Notes under the pieces: generated by a model
Databases searched by the model: none
What the model saw: the letters and a program-made list of their open reading frames with translations, nothing else
What the model was told of the DNA's origin: nothing
From: an uncultured beta proteobacterium
GTDB taxonomy: Bacteria; Pseudomonadota; Gammaproteobacteria; Burkholderiales; Burkholderiaceae_A
DNA: 64,000 bases
Assembly (NCBI GenBank): GCA_902586195.1
Contig: CACIGF010000004.1
Span: forward strand, 3,296-67,295
Direction of reading: 5' to 3'
Shown: piece after piece, positions 1-9,929 of the stretch
Layout of the letters: the number at the start of each line of letters is the position of its first letter
Position numbering within the stretch: the stretch's first letter is position 1
Program-made: the position numbers and the translations under genes

Positions 1-342
1 TATTTTTATAATTCGGACGCTTATTTTGCATTCGTTGACGAAGTTCAGTCGCGTGGAGTAAGTGTTCCAATTGTTCCAGGTATTATGCCCATCACTAACT
101 TTAGCCAACTCGCCAGGTTTTCCGACTCTTGTGGGTCTGAGATTCCGAAGTGGATAAAGCATCGCTTATCTGATTTTGGTGACGATAGAGTAAAAATTTA
201 TAATTTCGGAATAACCGTGGTAACCAGATTGTGTGAAGACTTAATAAAAGCTGGGTGTCCAGGTTTGCATTTTTATTCAATGAATCAATCTAAACCAATA
301 ATCGATATTTTATCTGGGGTTGAGTTCGCTACAGATGGATAA
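1..342 (+). CDS. metF: 5,10-methylenetetrahydrofolate reductase, C-terminal fragment (5' end lies outside the window)
   Basis: Frame 1 is open from base 1. The translation YFYNSDAYFAFVDEVQSRGVSVPIVPGIMPITNFSQLARF...GCPGLHFYSMNQSKP matches the conserved MetF C-terminal region (PGIMPI and HFY-x-N motifs). Confidence 0.85.
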   Translation, partial: YFYNSDAYFAFVDEVQSRGVSVPIVPGIMPITNFSQLARFSDSCGSEIPKWIKHRLSDFGDDRVKIYNFGITVVTRLCEDLIKAGCPGLHFYSMNQSKPIIDILSGVEFATDG

Positions 343-2230
343 AATTATTGTTAGCCTAAGCTTATTTTTTTTTTTAAACCTTACTACAATACAGACTAGT
401 AACTCATCCACCTCAAACGTTGATCACTTAAAAAACCTTATAAACCAAAAGCAGTTTAACAAACTGGAAAAACTAAAAGGAAAGATTGAATCAGATGTCT
501 TCACCCGATGGGTGGATTACGAGATTTTACTCCATGCAATAAAGACAAAGCCTGACACGCCATTTGTTGAAAAAAGAGTACACGAATTCATCGAAGAAAA
601 CGCAAAACACCAGTTTTCAGAAAAGTTGGTCAAAATTTACTTAAAGGAGCTAGATAAAGTTTTTCTAAGATCTGAGCATTTGAAAAATAAAGTAATGAAG
701 CTTCCAAATACTAATTTAACAGGCACTCTAACCTCAATAATCTGTTTAAAAAATACTGGGTTAGAAATCGATTCAGAGAAGTTTCAGAAACTTGTCATAG
801 AAAATGAGACATCCATAGGATGCCAGTGGCTAATAAAAGAATGGCTATCAAAAAAAAAAATGGGGGAAAGATTTTATATTGACCGAGCGAGATATTCTGC
901 AAACAGCGGAGACTTAAAGTTTTCTCTACAAATTCTTGATCTCCTGAAGAGAAGATTTGGTAAGAACATCGATAAAACCAATGAATCACTTGTTGTGAAA
1001 ATTATCTATAAATCTAGGCGAAATAGTCGGGGAGCATACAATTTATTCAAAAACAATGAAAAAAAATTTAGTAGGCAACAAAAGTCTTATTTGCGCCTTC
1101 AATTAGGGACCGCATTTTTTGGCATCACTCACTCAAAATCCTGGAATCTTTTAACTCAAGGACTTGATTCAGTCGCACAACATCCCTCGAGCACCTTAGA
1201 AATTGTTGCTAGAATGGCTCTAAGAAAAGGAGACTTTAAGGTATTCAAACAGGCATACACAAGCTTTCCAGACGAAACGAAAAAAATGGATAACTGGAAC
1301 TATTGGGAGGCCGTAAGATTATATAAGCAGGGACAATTCAGTAAGGCAAAAAAACAATTTGATAGTCTAAGGGACAGACAGAATTTTTACGCCTATCTAG
1401 CTATGTCTCAGGTAAGTAAAAGTAAAGAGTACAAGACCAACAATCGTTCTTTCGTCTTATCCAAACCCGTACTGAACGAAAACAATATTTCTTGGGCAAA
1501 AAATGATAACTTGAAGGACATTCTAAAGTTATTTAAGTCGCAAACTTTTTCCATAGCACTTCCCGAGTGGAAGTTTTTTATTAAAGACTTCTCAACTCAT
1601 GAATTGTTGAGTTTGGCATCGTATTTGTCGAGTATACAGATATATGACCGAAGCATTTCGGCAGCAATTTATAGTCAGACAAATTCGGGGTTCAAGTTCA
1701 GATATCCCCTTATTTACAAAGATGCTGTCATTAAAGCTTGCAAAGGAGATAACGTTCCTCCATGGCTAGTGATGGGATTGATTAGACAAGAGTCACGATT
1801 TAACAAAGAAATTAAATCAACCGCTGGCGCAATTGGATTAATGCAAATCTTGCCTAAGACAGCTTTGGAAACATACAAAAAAAACCAAGGTGAACTGAAT
1901 CTGACTAGTTCAACTCAGAATATTTATATAGGAACAAAATACCTAAGTAAACTTTTGAGTCGATTTAGTAAGTCTATTCCCCTTAGTTTAGCTGCCTACA
2001 ACGCAGGCCCTTCTAGGGCGAAGAAATGGTTCGCCGATTTTAGCAAAAATAATACTAGTCCTGCTATGTTTATCGAATCAATCCCTTTCAAGGAAACGAG
2101 GGAATATGTTCAAACGGTCATTATTAGTAGCGCAATCTACGAAGAATTATTTGCAGATATAATGCTGGAGAGAAGAATTAAAAAAAAGAATATTATTTTA
2201 AATGTTAATGAAATTTTAAGTACACTTTAA
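335..2230 (+). CDS. slt: soluble lytic murein transglycosylase (Slt70-like)
   Basis: The C-terminal SLT domain motifs are present: GLIRQESRFN, GAIGLMQILP and AAYNAGPSRAKKW. There is a long helical N-terminal domain and an N-terminal hydrophobic signal. The ATG at 335 overlaps the metF stop; the ORF-track start at 320 is a TTG. Confidence 0.8.
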   Translation: MDKIIVSLSLFFFLNLTTIQTSNSSTSNVDHLKNLINQKQFNKLEKLKGKIESDVFTRWVDYEILLHAIKTKPDTPFVEKRVHEFIEENAKHQFSEKLVKIYLKELDKVFLRSEHLKNKVMKLPNTNLTGTLTSIICLKNTGLEIDSEKFQKLVIENETSIGCQWLIKEWLSKKKMGERFYIDRARYSANSGDLKFSLQILDLLKRRFGKNIDKTNESLVVKIIYKSRRNSRGAYNLFKNNEKKFSRQQKSYLRLQLGTAFFGITHSKSWNLLTQGLDSVAQHPSSTLEIVARMALRKGDFKVFKQAYTSFPDETKKMDNWNYWEAVRLYKQGQFSKAKKQFDSLRDRQNFYAYLAMSQVSKSKEYKTNNRSFVLSKPVLNENNISWAKNDNLKDILKLFKSQTFSIALPEWKFFIKDFSTHELLSLASYLSSIQIYDRSISAAIYSQTNSGFKFRYPLIYKDAVIKACKGDNVPPWLVMGLIRQESRFNKEIKSTAGAIGLMQILPKTALETYKKNQGELNLTSSTQNIYIGTKYLSKLLSRFSKSIPLSLAAYNAGPSRAKKWFADFSKNNTSPAMFIESIPFKETREYVQTVIISSAIYEELFADIMLERRIKKKNIILNVNEILSTL

Positions 2231-2245
2231 CTAGAAGAGTCAATA

Positions 2246-3169
2246 ATGCTAAACGATAACAGAAAAACTATTTCAATTATTGGCGGGAGCGGGTTCATCG
2301 GAAAAGCTCTCGCAACCTGTCTCTCAAAGAATGGCTTTTTAGTTAATGTATTAACCACGAAACGAATAAATGCCAGACCAATTTGGATGTTATCTAACTT
2401 AAATGTTTTCGAGTTCACTAATGACCAGATTAGTATTAGCAAAGCTGTTCAAGGTAGCGATATTGTTGTTAATTTAGTCGGCCGACTACATTCAAAAAAG
2501 GGGTACCCATGGGGAAAGGATTTTGATGAGGCGCATGTCAAACTAGTCCAGAATATGGTTATGGCATGTAAAAATCAAAATGTTAAGGAAATCATACATG
2601 TTAGTGCATTAGGAGTATCAAATTCTGCTCCATCCGAATATCTCAGATCAAAACATGCTGCTGAAAAAATTCTTGAACAGTTCAACGGCAATTCAGTCAT
2701 ACTGCGCCCCTCGGTTGTATTTGGACCAGGAGATTCATTTATGAACCTTTTTGCGAAAATGCAGAAGTATTCTCCGATAATGCCCATGGCATTGACAAAA
2801 ACGAAATTTCAACCGATTTATATAAACGATCTTATTGAAATAATTTTAAGATGCGTCAACATGATTAAAAAGAAAAAAATTGAAGTCTATGAATGTGTTG
2901 GGCCCGAAATTTTTACACTATATGAGATTATTAAGTTCTCAGGGATTTATTCAGGAAGAAAGGCGATGGTTATTCCCTTGCCAAAATATGTAGGACTAAT
3001 TCAAGCGTTTATTCTGGAAAAAATGCCTGGTCCAACATTGATGTCGAGAGACAATATAGCTTCAATGAGTGTTCCTTCGATTGCAACGAAAAACGAACAA
3101 TTAGTTTTCAGACTCGAACAACCTACGAGTATTCACAAAGTGGCCCCTAAATTTCTTTCAAAGGATTAA
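2246..3169 (+). CDS. NAD(P)-binding SDR protein, complex I NDUFA9 subunit-like family
   Basis: Rossmann motif IIGGSGFIGKAL, followed by HVSALG...SEYLRSK...ILRPSVVFGPGDSF...FQPIYINDL. This is the pattern I associate with bacterial NDUFA9-like atypical SDRs. Confidence 0.65.
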   Translation: MLNDNRKTISIIGGSGFIGKALATCLSKNGFLVNVLTTKRINARPIWMLSNLNVFEFTNDQISISKAVQGSDIVVNLVGRLHSKKGYPWGKDFDEAHVKLVQNMVMACKNQNVKEIIHVSALGVSNSAPSEYLRSKHAAEKILEQFNGNSVILRPSVVFGPGDSFMNLFAKMQKYSPIMPMALTKTKFQPIYINDLIEIILRCVNMIKKKKIEVYECVGPEIFTLYEIIKFSGIYSGRKAMVIPLPKYVGLIQAFILEKMPGPTLMSRDNIASMSVPSIATKNEQLVFRLEQPTSIHKVAPKFLSKD

Positions 3170-3173
3170 TGGA

Positions 3174-4337
3174 GTGAAAGATCTGGTGGGCTTGTGTCCT
3201 AAAAAAGCTGACGATCTTTTTTTCAAAACACTTCCTAGCACCATCAGTATTTATTGCGTAGGCGGGGCCGTAAGAGATTTTCTGCTCGGCAAAAGTTTTT
3301 CAGACAAAGATTTTGTGCTTGTTGGAGCAGACTTAGACTATTTTAAAAAAAAAGGACTAAAGGCAGTTGGGAAAAACTTTCCAGTTTTTTTGCATCCAAA
3401 AACCAATGAAGAACTCGCTTTGGCTAGAAGGGAAAAAAAGCATGGAATTGGCTACAAAGGATTTGTATTTTTTACAGGTAAAGAAGTTTCCTTGAGAGAA
3501 GATTTGAAACGAAGAGATTTTACGATAAATGCCATGGCCGTAGACGAACACGGGAACTTACATGATCCATTCGGGGGAAGGAAAGATTTATCTAGTAAAA
3601 CGATAAAGCATGTAAGTCCAGCTTTTGTAGAAGATCCGCTCAGGGTAATACGATTAGGTCGATTTCTTGCTCAACTTAACGAGTTTAACGTTCATAAGGA
3701 TACATATGAGTTATGTAAAGAGATTGTAAAAAGTAAGGAAATACTAACCCTATCTAAAGAACGTATATGGACAGAAATTTCAAAAGGTTTTGGGGGCCGT
3801 AAGCCTATTAAAATGATCAATTTTCTTTTAGATTGCGGCGCATGGAAAGAAATTACTGGTTCTTCTAACTTTGGTCCAGAACTCCACTTATTTCTTAAAA
3901 GTGTTGAAACTAACAAAATCTCACTTGAATGGATAGTGGCTAAAATATTTCAAGATGAAGACTTAGGAAATGTTCATTGTACTTTTCCAAAGGCAGTTCA
4001 CACTGCAATAAATGTATTGAAAAGAACAAAAGTCTGTCGCAAAAATTATATTGACATGCACAACATCTGCAATAGTAAGTATGACCTCATTTTAGATATT
4101 TTTGAGAAAGCAAATCTATTTAGAAATCCAACAAATCTAACTGATTTTCTCGATGTTTCGTTTTACAAACACCCAAAACAAAGAAAAATTTTAGCCAGTT
4201 GTTTCGAATTTTTATCACAGTTTTCTTTAAAACCGATAATTGATTCGAATGATAAAAAGATAGAAATAAAATCGGCGATTAGAAAATATCGATTAAAAAA
4301 ATTAAATGAATTTATGCTTCTGAAGAATTTTTCTTGA
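3174..4337 (+). CDS. cca: CCA-adding tRNA nucleotidyltransferase
   Basis: YCVGGAVRDFLLG...DKDFV and RRDFTINAM motifs of class II nucleotidyltransferases. GTG start. The 5' end is uncertain, giving an N-terminal extension of about 25 aa before the usual start region. Confidence 0.8.
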   Translation: MKDLVGLCPKKADDLFFKTLPSTISIYCVGGAVRDFLLGKSFSDKDFVLVGADLDYFKKKGLKAVGKNFPVFLHPKTNEELALARREKKHGIGYKGFVFFTGKEVSLREDLKRRDFTINAMAVDEHGNLHDPFGGRKDLSSKTIKHVSPAFVEDPLRVIRLGRFLAQLNEFNVHKDTYELCKEIVKSKEILTLSKERIWTEISKGFGGRKPIKMINFLLDCGAWKEITGSSNFGPELHLFLKSVETNKISLEWIVAKIFQDEDLGNVHCTFPKAVHTAINVLKRTKVCRKNYIDMHNICNSKYDLILDIFEKANLFRNPTNLTDFLDVSFYKHPKQRKILASCFEFLSQFSLKPIIDSNDKKIEIKSAIRKYRLKKLNEFMLLKNFS

Positions 4338-5514
4338 AAACGTGACAAAAAAGAAATGATTGTCCCATTTCATTGTCTGATAAAAGTTTTTGCAAGTTGC
4401 CAACTTCCTCTACCATCCTGTAACTTTTACTCAAAAAATCTTGATTTCGAGCAAATTGATCTAAAACTCCCGAATCAATCAACCAAGCAGCCTGGCTCTT
4501 CAGATTAAAGTAACAATCACTTTGGTCAAAAAAAAATTCTGATAACTGTGAAAAGTCTACTAGGTATGTTAAGTCCTGACTACCAACGTTCTTAAGACAT
4601 TCATTCAGTTTTGAAGTCTGAGTATGGTTAAAAAATGCCGTAACATTACTTTCAATTCGGCTATTACTATCTAACTCATATCGTTCTAATCCATAATCCG
4701 AAATAATTAATTCACCATAATTAAGTTTACTCATCAAAATTTTTAACCAGCGCTCTGTATGAAGACAAATATCTAACATCCTAGGAGTTGCCCAAAAGTG
4801 ACCATTTTTCTTTGCTTGATTTTTACGGTGTAATACCTTTTTTATCAGCGTATCATCAGCTAAACGATTTTGAAATTCCAGATCGCCTTCATCGTTGATT
4901 CTTATGCCTAGTTCTAAAATTTCACCCTTAGGTTGCCAAAGTGCAACTTTGACCGGAAAAGAATCAATAATTTCATTTGCAATCACCAAGCCGTTAATAG
5001 GCTCAATATCAGTGTTGGTAGCAAACTCTTCACAATCAACTTCGACAAGCTTCCACTCTAGTATTTTATTAGCTCTAAGATAAAGAGATTCATCATATTG
5101 CTTAAGAATATCTGCGATTTTGGTTTTTTGAAATTCTATAAAACTCTGACTGATCTCTAGCATTTGATATTTTTTTATTGGTATATCTCGATCAAAAAGC
5201 TCAATAAGAATTTTAGCCGCCAATTCTCCATCACCAGGACCATATTCTCTAATCGCGAATACTTCCTTATCAACGCTGCTTGTTCCACCGATGAGTCTTG
5301 CGTAACTATGTACATAAGCCTTAGCCATCCATTGGCCTAGAGAAGCAGACGTTACATAGTCGCCAGATGGACCGAAAGGCAATCCAGAGAAACTAGTATT
5401 CTTCCTCATATAATAGCTGTCGTCATTGCCATATAGGCATTCGAACATAAAGCTATCAAATGGAATCCAACCTCCTTTATTTTTAATAAAATTCTTTAAA
5501 TATTGTAAAACCAT
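4312..5514 (-). CDS. class I SAM-dependent methyltransferase, COG1565/DUF185 (NDUFAF7/MidA-like)
   Basis: 400 aa. The N-terminal IPFDSFMxxCLY...YY...FG..GDYVTS and EYGPGDG motifs are typical of the DUF185 family. The 3' end overlaps cca by 26 nt (convergent). Confidence 0.65.
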   Translation of the reverse strand: MVLQYLKNFIKNKGGWIPFDSFMFECLYGNDDSYYMRKNTSFSGLPFGPSGDYVTSASLGQWMAKAYVHSYARLIGGTSSVDKEVFAIREYGPGDGELAAKILIELFDRDIPIKKYQMLEISQSFIEFQKTKIADILKQYDESLYLRANKILEWKLVEVDCEEFATNTDIEPINGLVIANEIIDSFPVKVALWQPKGEILELGIRINDEGDLEFQNRLADDTLIKKVLHRKNQAKKNGHFWATPRMLDICLHTERWLKILMSKLNYGELIISDYGLERYELDSNSRIESNVTAFFNHTQTSKLNECLKNVGSQDLTYLVDFSQLSEFFFDQSDCYFNLKSQAAWLIDSGVLDQFARNQDFLSKSYRMVEEVGNLQKLLSDNEMGQSFLFCHVFKKNSSEA

Positions 5515-5549
5515 ATTGTTTGTAAATTTTTACATGTAAACTAAAAATA

Positions 5550-6311
5550 ATGAATAAAACATGCATCATAACTGGAGGAGCAAAACGAATTGGAAAAGCG
5601 TTGTGTAGAAATCTCGCGGCCAGTGGATGGAATATTGTAATCCACTATAATCAATCACATCAAGAAGCAAAAGAGTTGAAAGCAGAAATTGTAAAAATGG
5701 GTGTTAAGGCAAAAATCTTTAAAGCTAGCTTTCCTTTGCAGGATGAGAAAGAATACAAAAAAATTCTCGAAGAAATTTTTTCTGAATTAGGCTCGGTAGA
5801 TTTACTTGTAAACAATGCTTCAGAATTTCTGTACGATTGTCCAAAATCAGTCTCAGATAAGAATTTAATTTCTGCTTATAATTGCAACTGCGTCGCTCCA
5901 ATATTGTTTACTAGGGCACTATTCGACATAAATAAAGACTATTCCAAAAAATCCTTGGTGATCAATATTTTGGATCAAAAAGTTTCAAACCCTAATCCAG
6001 ATTTTTTCTCGTACACTCTTTCTAAATATGCTTTATATCAGGCAACAAAACTGATGGCCCTTGAGATGGCCTCGACGCTTAGGATAGTTTCAATCTCCCC
6101 TGGGATTACCTTACAGTCAGAACATCAGAGTAAAATAAATTTCGACCACGGGCACAAAAAAACCCCACTTGGACGTTCAAGTCTTCCTGAAGATATAGTC
6201 AGCGCTGTTATTTGGTTGGAGGCGAATCCTGCGATTACCGGTATAGATTTAATTGTTGACGGAGGTCAACATCTTGCGCCTTCAAGTAGAGACGTGATGT
6301 TTACAGTTTAA
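5550..6311 (+). CDS. SDR oxidoreductase, pteridine/dihydromonapterin reductase-like
   Basis: ITGGAKRIGKAL cofactor motif and YTLSK catalytic Y-x3-K. Resembles FolM/PTR1-type SDRs. Its stop overlaps the start of the following folB-like gene (TAATG). Confidence 0.6.
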   Translation: MNKTCIITGGAKRIGKALCRNLAASGWNIVIHYNQSHQEAKELKAEIVKMGVKAKIFKASFPLQDEKEYKKILEEIFSELGSVDLLVNNASEFLYDCPKSVSDKNLISAYNCNCVAPILFTRALFDINKDYSKKSLVINILDQKVSNPNPDFFSYTLSKYALYQATKLMALEMASTLRIVSISPGITLQSEHQSKINFDHGHKKTPLGRSSLPEDIVSAVIWLEANPAITGIDLIVDGGQHLAPSSRDVMFTV

Positions 6312-6697
6312 TGAGTCTAATTAATCATCCAAACCTTTCAAATCATTTATGCATATTCTTTGATAAATTAGAATTTCAAACTTCTATTGGGATTCATGAG
6401 CATGAGTTGCGAAAGAAACAATCAGTAGTAATTTGTATCGAAATGTATTTCCCTTTATCATCGGCATCTCCTAAAAACGACTCTATAAGTGAGGTCCTTG
6501 ATTATGACACTATCAGAGAAGGCATAGAGAAAATTGTTACCAGAAAACACTTTTATCTTCAGGAAACGCTCATAAATGAAATTTCGAATTTTTGCATAAA
6601 CCAAAAAAATGTGACAGCTGTAAGAATAAAAATTGCCAAGAAAAATGCTTACAAGAATTGTGAAGCTGTCGGGATTGAACTTGTGTCATGGAAATAA
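6311..6697 (+). CDS. folB: dihydroneopterin aldolase family protein
   Basis: 128 aa with the FolB-like pattern F..L.F...IG....E......V.I...: a small tunnel-fold protein coupled to the pteridine-reductase-like SDR. The family call rests on motif, size and context. Confidence 0.6.
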   Translation: MSLINHPNLSNHLCIFFDKLEFQTSIGIHEHELRKKQSVVICIEMYFPLSSASPKNDSISEVLDYDTIREGIEKIVTRKHFYLQETLINEISNFCINQKNVTAVRIKIAKKNAYKNCEAVGIELVSWK

Positions 6698-6958
6698 TTT
6701 CGTCAAATAACGTTTTATTTCAAAGTAAGACAGTAAACGCTAGAAGGAGTAAAAGGTACTTCAAGAAATTCTATGATATTGAATAAAAAAGGACATATAA
6801 TTATCTACTACCACTAAGAGAAATATCCATGATTGCGATAATTGATGAAAATTTTATCAAAACAAAGTACCCGAGTAAATTTTTAACGTAATTCGGTTAG
6901 TGCAATGTATTAATTCTTCAAAAAAATATTTTTTAACTTTCATAATTAACGTTATTTC

Positions 6959-8527
6959 ATGTCAAATATTTTAAGAATATGTAAAATCTTATGGGTGTTT
7001 AGAATTTTCAATCTTGCTGATTTTACGGGGACGAATTCACCTTTCTTTCTCAAATTGATGATATTTCTTCTCAGCATTCTTAATGGGAATAAATACAAAC
7101 ATCTCTCTAAGGAAAAAAGGCTCAGAATAGCTTTAGAGAGTCTCGGCCCTCTGTTTGTTAAATTCGGGCAACTGCTATCAACCAGACGAGATATCCTTTA
7201 CGATGAATTGGCTAATGAACTAGCTTTTCTTCAAGACAAAGTTAAGCCTTTTTCTGGAGAAATTGCGGTATCAATTATTGAAAAATCTTTCAAACAAAAA
7301 TTAGATGATCTATTCTCCGAATTTTCATTGACTCCTATAGCAAGTGCTTCAGTGGCGCAAGTCCATTTGGCAAAACTCAAAAAGAATAATAACGCAGTTG
7401 CTGTTAAAGTCCTTAGGCCGAATGTATTGCTGAATATTGAACGTGACCTAAAGTTACTTTATCTTTTTGCCAAACTTATAAAGCTTTTTGTGCCTGGTTC
7501 GAAGCGACTAAGGCCATTGGAAGTTGTTTCTGAATTCGATACTTATCTTCATGATGAGGTAGATCTATTGTATGAAGCAGGTAATGCATCGAAAATAAAG
7601 AGAAACTTCGCAAAAAGTTCTATTTTAAAAATCCCAGAGATGGTGTGGGACCTGTGCTCATCAGAAGTGATTGTAATGGAACGAGTAGATGGTATCCCAA
7701 TAAACCAAATTGATTTATTAAGAAAATCTAATATTGATCTGGTACAGCTTTCTCATGACGGCGTTGAAATATTTTTCACCCAAGTATTTAGAGATGGTTT
7801 TTTTCACGCTGATATGCATCCAGGGAATATACTCATCGGCAAAAAAGGAACTTATTTTGGTAAATACATCGCTTTAGACTTTGGTATAGTCGGAAGTTTG
7901 ACAGATTACGACAAAAATTATTTGGCCAGAAATTTTTTAGCTTTTTTTAGAAGAGACTATAGGAAAGTGGCACAGTTACATATAGACTCTGGGTGGGTAC
8001 CTGCAAACACCCGAGTAGAATCTCTAGAATCAGCTATTAGAACTGTTTGCGAACCATATTTTGACAAACCATTAAAAGAAATTTCTCTGGGGCAAGTTTT
8101 ACTTAGGCTATTTCAGGCATCAAAGAAGTTTAACGTAATAATACAGCCCCAATTGGTACTCTTACAGAAAACTCTTTTAAACATTGAAGGGTTAGGAAGA
8201 CAATTGAACCCTGACTTAGACCTATGGGTTACAGCGAAACCGTTTTTAGAGCGCTGGATGAGTGAGCAAATTGGGTTTTCTGCTTTTAAAAATCAAATTT
8301 TGAAAGAGTCGGAAAACTGGGCTACAGAATTACCGAAAATACCTAAACTTGGTTTTGAATTGGTTGATCAGCTAAAAAAATATAACCAGTTAGAAAAAGA
8401 GAAAATTTTTGAGCTCACTGAGCTACATAAAGATCTAAAATATTGGGTTAAAGCAAATATTGTTTTTTATTTATTGATAATTCTTATTTTTATTGCCCTT
8501 ATCATTTCTCTTAATTATGGTGCTTAA
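6959..8527 (+). CDS. ubiB: ubiquinone biosynthesis kinase-like protein UbiB
   Basis: [41 protein letters not shown] and a C-terminal transmembrane segment. This is the canonical UbiB/ABC1 architecture. Confidence 0.85.
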   Translation: MSNILRICKILWVFRIFNLADFTGTNSPFFLKLMIFLLSILNGNKYKHLSKEKRLRIALESLGPLFVKFGQLLSTRRDILYDELANELAFLQDKVKPFSGEIAVSIIEKSFKQKLDDLFSEFSLTPIASASVAQVHLAKLKKNNNAVAVKVLRPNVLLNIERDLKLLYLFAKLIKLFVPGSKRLRPLEVVSEFDTYLHDEVDLLYEAGNASKIKRNFAKSSILKIPEMVWDLCSSEVIVMERVDGIPINQIDLLRKSNIDLVQLSHDGVEIFFTQVFRDGFFHADMHPGNILIGKKGTYFGKYIALDFGIVGSLTDYDKNYLARNFLAFFRRDYRKVAQLHIDSGWVPANTRVESLESAIRTVCEPYFDKPLKEISLGQVLLRLFQASKKFNVIIQPQLVLLQKTLLNIEGLGRQLNPDLDLWVTAKPFLERWMSEQIGFSAFKNQILKESENWATELPKIPKLGFELVDQLKKYNQLEKEKIFELTELHKDLKYWVKANIVFYLLIILIFIALIISLNYGA

Positions 8528-9929
8528 TTTTATTTTTTTATATATTTCGTTGTCGGTTCTAATAGGACTGTACTTTTCAAGAAAAACAAAAACTGCTGAT
8601 GACTTTATCAGAGCTGGTAGGAATCTTCCATTCCTAATAGTTTTTGCTATGGTTTTTGCAACATGGTTTGGTGCTGAAACAGTTCTTGGTATTTCAGCCA
8701 CCTTTTTAGAGGAAGGACTTATCGGACTTGCCTCTGATCCATTTGGCGCAGCAGCTTGTCTAATTATTTTCGGTTTATTTTTCGCAAAGAAACTCTACAG
8801 AATGAACCTGCTTACCTTGGGAGATTATTTTCGGAAAAAGTATAACCGGCACATTGAGCTAACGATTTCGACACTTATCATTATTTCTTATTTGGGGTGG
8901 ATCGCTGCGCAAATAACTGCGTTAGGTTTGGTTTTTTCCTTGCTTTCTAATGACAGCATTTCAAATACAAATGGGATTCTATTAGGTGCTTTTATTGTTC
9001 TTTGTTATACAATTGTTGGTGGGATGTGGTCTATCGCTGTAACGACATTTCTCCAGATGATAGTAATTATTGTTGGTTTGGTGCTCGCCACAGCAGAAAC
9101 AACGAGTCTTGCTGGCGGTATTGGGGCTGTCATTACCAAAGCCGACTTAGATGGGAAACTACTTTTCTTACCTTCTATAGATTCGTTAGAATTCCTTTTT
9201 TGGATTGCCGCTTTCTTAACCATGGCTCTTGGTTCTATTCCACAACAAGATGTTTTTCAACGTGCAAATGCGGCTCAGAATGCTAGCATTGCTTCCGTAG
9301 CTACTACCTTTGGGGGCATATTCTACTTGATCTTCGCTTCGGTGCCCCTTCTTTTGGCATATACTTCATTCATCATTGACCCTTTCGAAACCTCCAAATT
9401 AATGGAAATTGATTCTCAACTAGTGCTACCAAGTTTAATATTAAATCATACGTCGAGTTGGCTTCAGATTATTTTTTTCGGCTCTCTAGTAAGCGTAATA
9501 TTAAGTACAGCATCGGGAACCTTATTAGCACCATCAGTTTTATTTACGCAGAATATCGTTTGCTATTTTAGTAAAAAGCTCGAACCACATCAACTTATGA
9601 TGGCGACCCGAATCACGATATTTGTGTTCGTTATTATAGTATGTATGTACTCAATTTCATCCAATAACACAATCCACACTATGGTAGAGAATGCCTATAG
9701 AGTAACGCTTGCCGGAGCATTTACACCCCTTGTCGCAGGCTTGTTCTGGAAACGAGCAAACAGTTCTGGTGCAGGTTTAGCAATCTTATTAGGAGTCTCA
9801 TCCTGGTTAGCTCTTGAATTACTAGAGTTGAATTTGCCCATAGAACCTCAACTAATAGGTCTTCTTTTGAGTATAGTTGGAATGTTTCTGGGGTCTGTTT
9901 TTTTGGCTAAATCAAGCGTGCGCGAATGA
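8517..9929 (+). CDS. sodium:solute symporter family transporter
   Basis: Polytopic membrane protein with the SSF N-terminal pattern ([20 protein letters not shown]...WFGAETVLG). The ATG at 8517 overlaps the ubiB stop; the ORF-track start at 8493 is a TTG. Substrate not assignable. Confidence 0.75.
   Translation: MVLNFIFLYISLSVLIGLYFSRKTKTADDFIRAGRNLPFLIVFAMVFATWFGAETVLGISATFLEEGLIGLASDPFGAAACLIIFGLFFAKKLYRMNLLTLGDYFRKKYNRHIELTISTLIIISYLGWIAAQITALGLVFSLLSNDSISNTNGILLGAFIVLCYTIVGGMWSIAVTTFLQMIVIIVGLVLATAETTSLAGGIGAVITKADLDGKLLFLPSIDSLEFLFWIAAFLTMALGSIPQQDVFQRANAAQNASIASVATTFGGIFYLIFASVPLLLAYTSFIIDPFETSKLMEIDSQLVLPSLILNHTSSWLQIIFFGSLVSVILSTASGTLLAPSVLFTQNIVCYFSKKLEPHQLMMATRITIFVFVIIVCMYSISSNNTIHTMVENAYRVTLAGAFTPLVAGLFWKRANSSGAGLAILLGVSSWLALELLELNLPIEPQLIGLLLSIVGMFLGSVFLAKSSVRE

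Noticed and set aside
3174-3250. An N-terminal extension of about 25 residues on the CCA-adding enzyme, before the usual M-x-x-Y-x-VGGAVRD start.
   Set aside because: This is probably start-codon ambiguity: no ATG lies near the canonical position, and GTG or TTG candidates lie upstream. Nothing in the extension resembles a domain or a signal.
6698-6958. A 261-bp spacer between folB and ubiB containing two tiny ORFs (14 and 20 codons). It was considered as a leader-peptide, riboswitch or sRNA locus.
   Set aside because: I found no stable stem-loops, no conserved riboswitch core sequences and no terminator-antiterminator pairs. It is most simply the promoter region for the co-directional ubiB...glmS block. 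An Rfam scan could revisit this.
9002-9286. A 94-codon Trp/Cys/Arg-rich ORF on the + strand, plus an antisense 72-codon ORF, inside the sodium:solute symporter gene.
   Set aside because: This is an alternative frame of a clear polytopic transporter gene. The odd W/C/R composition is what an off-frame reading of Gly/Val/Leu codons produces. No start context or motif supports it.
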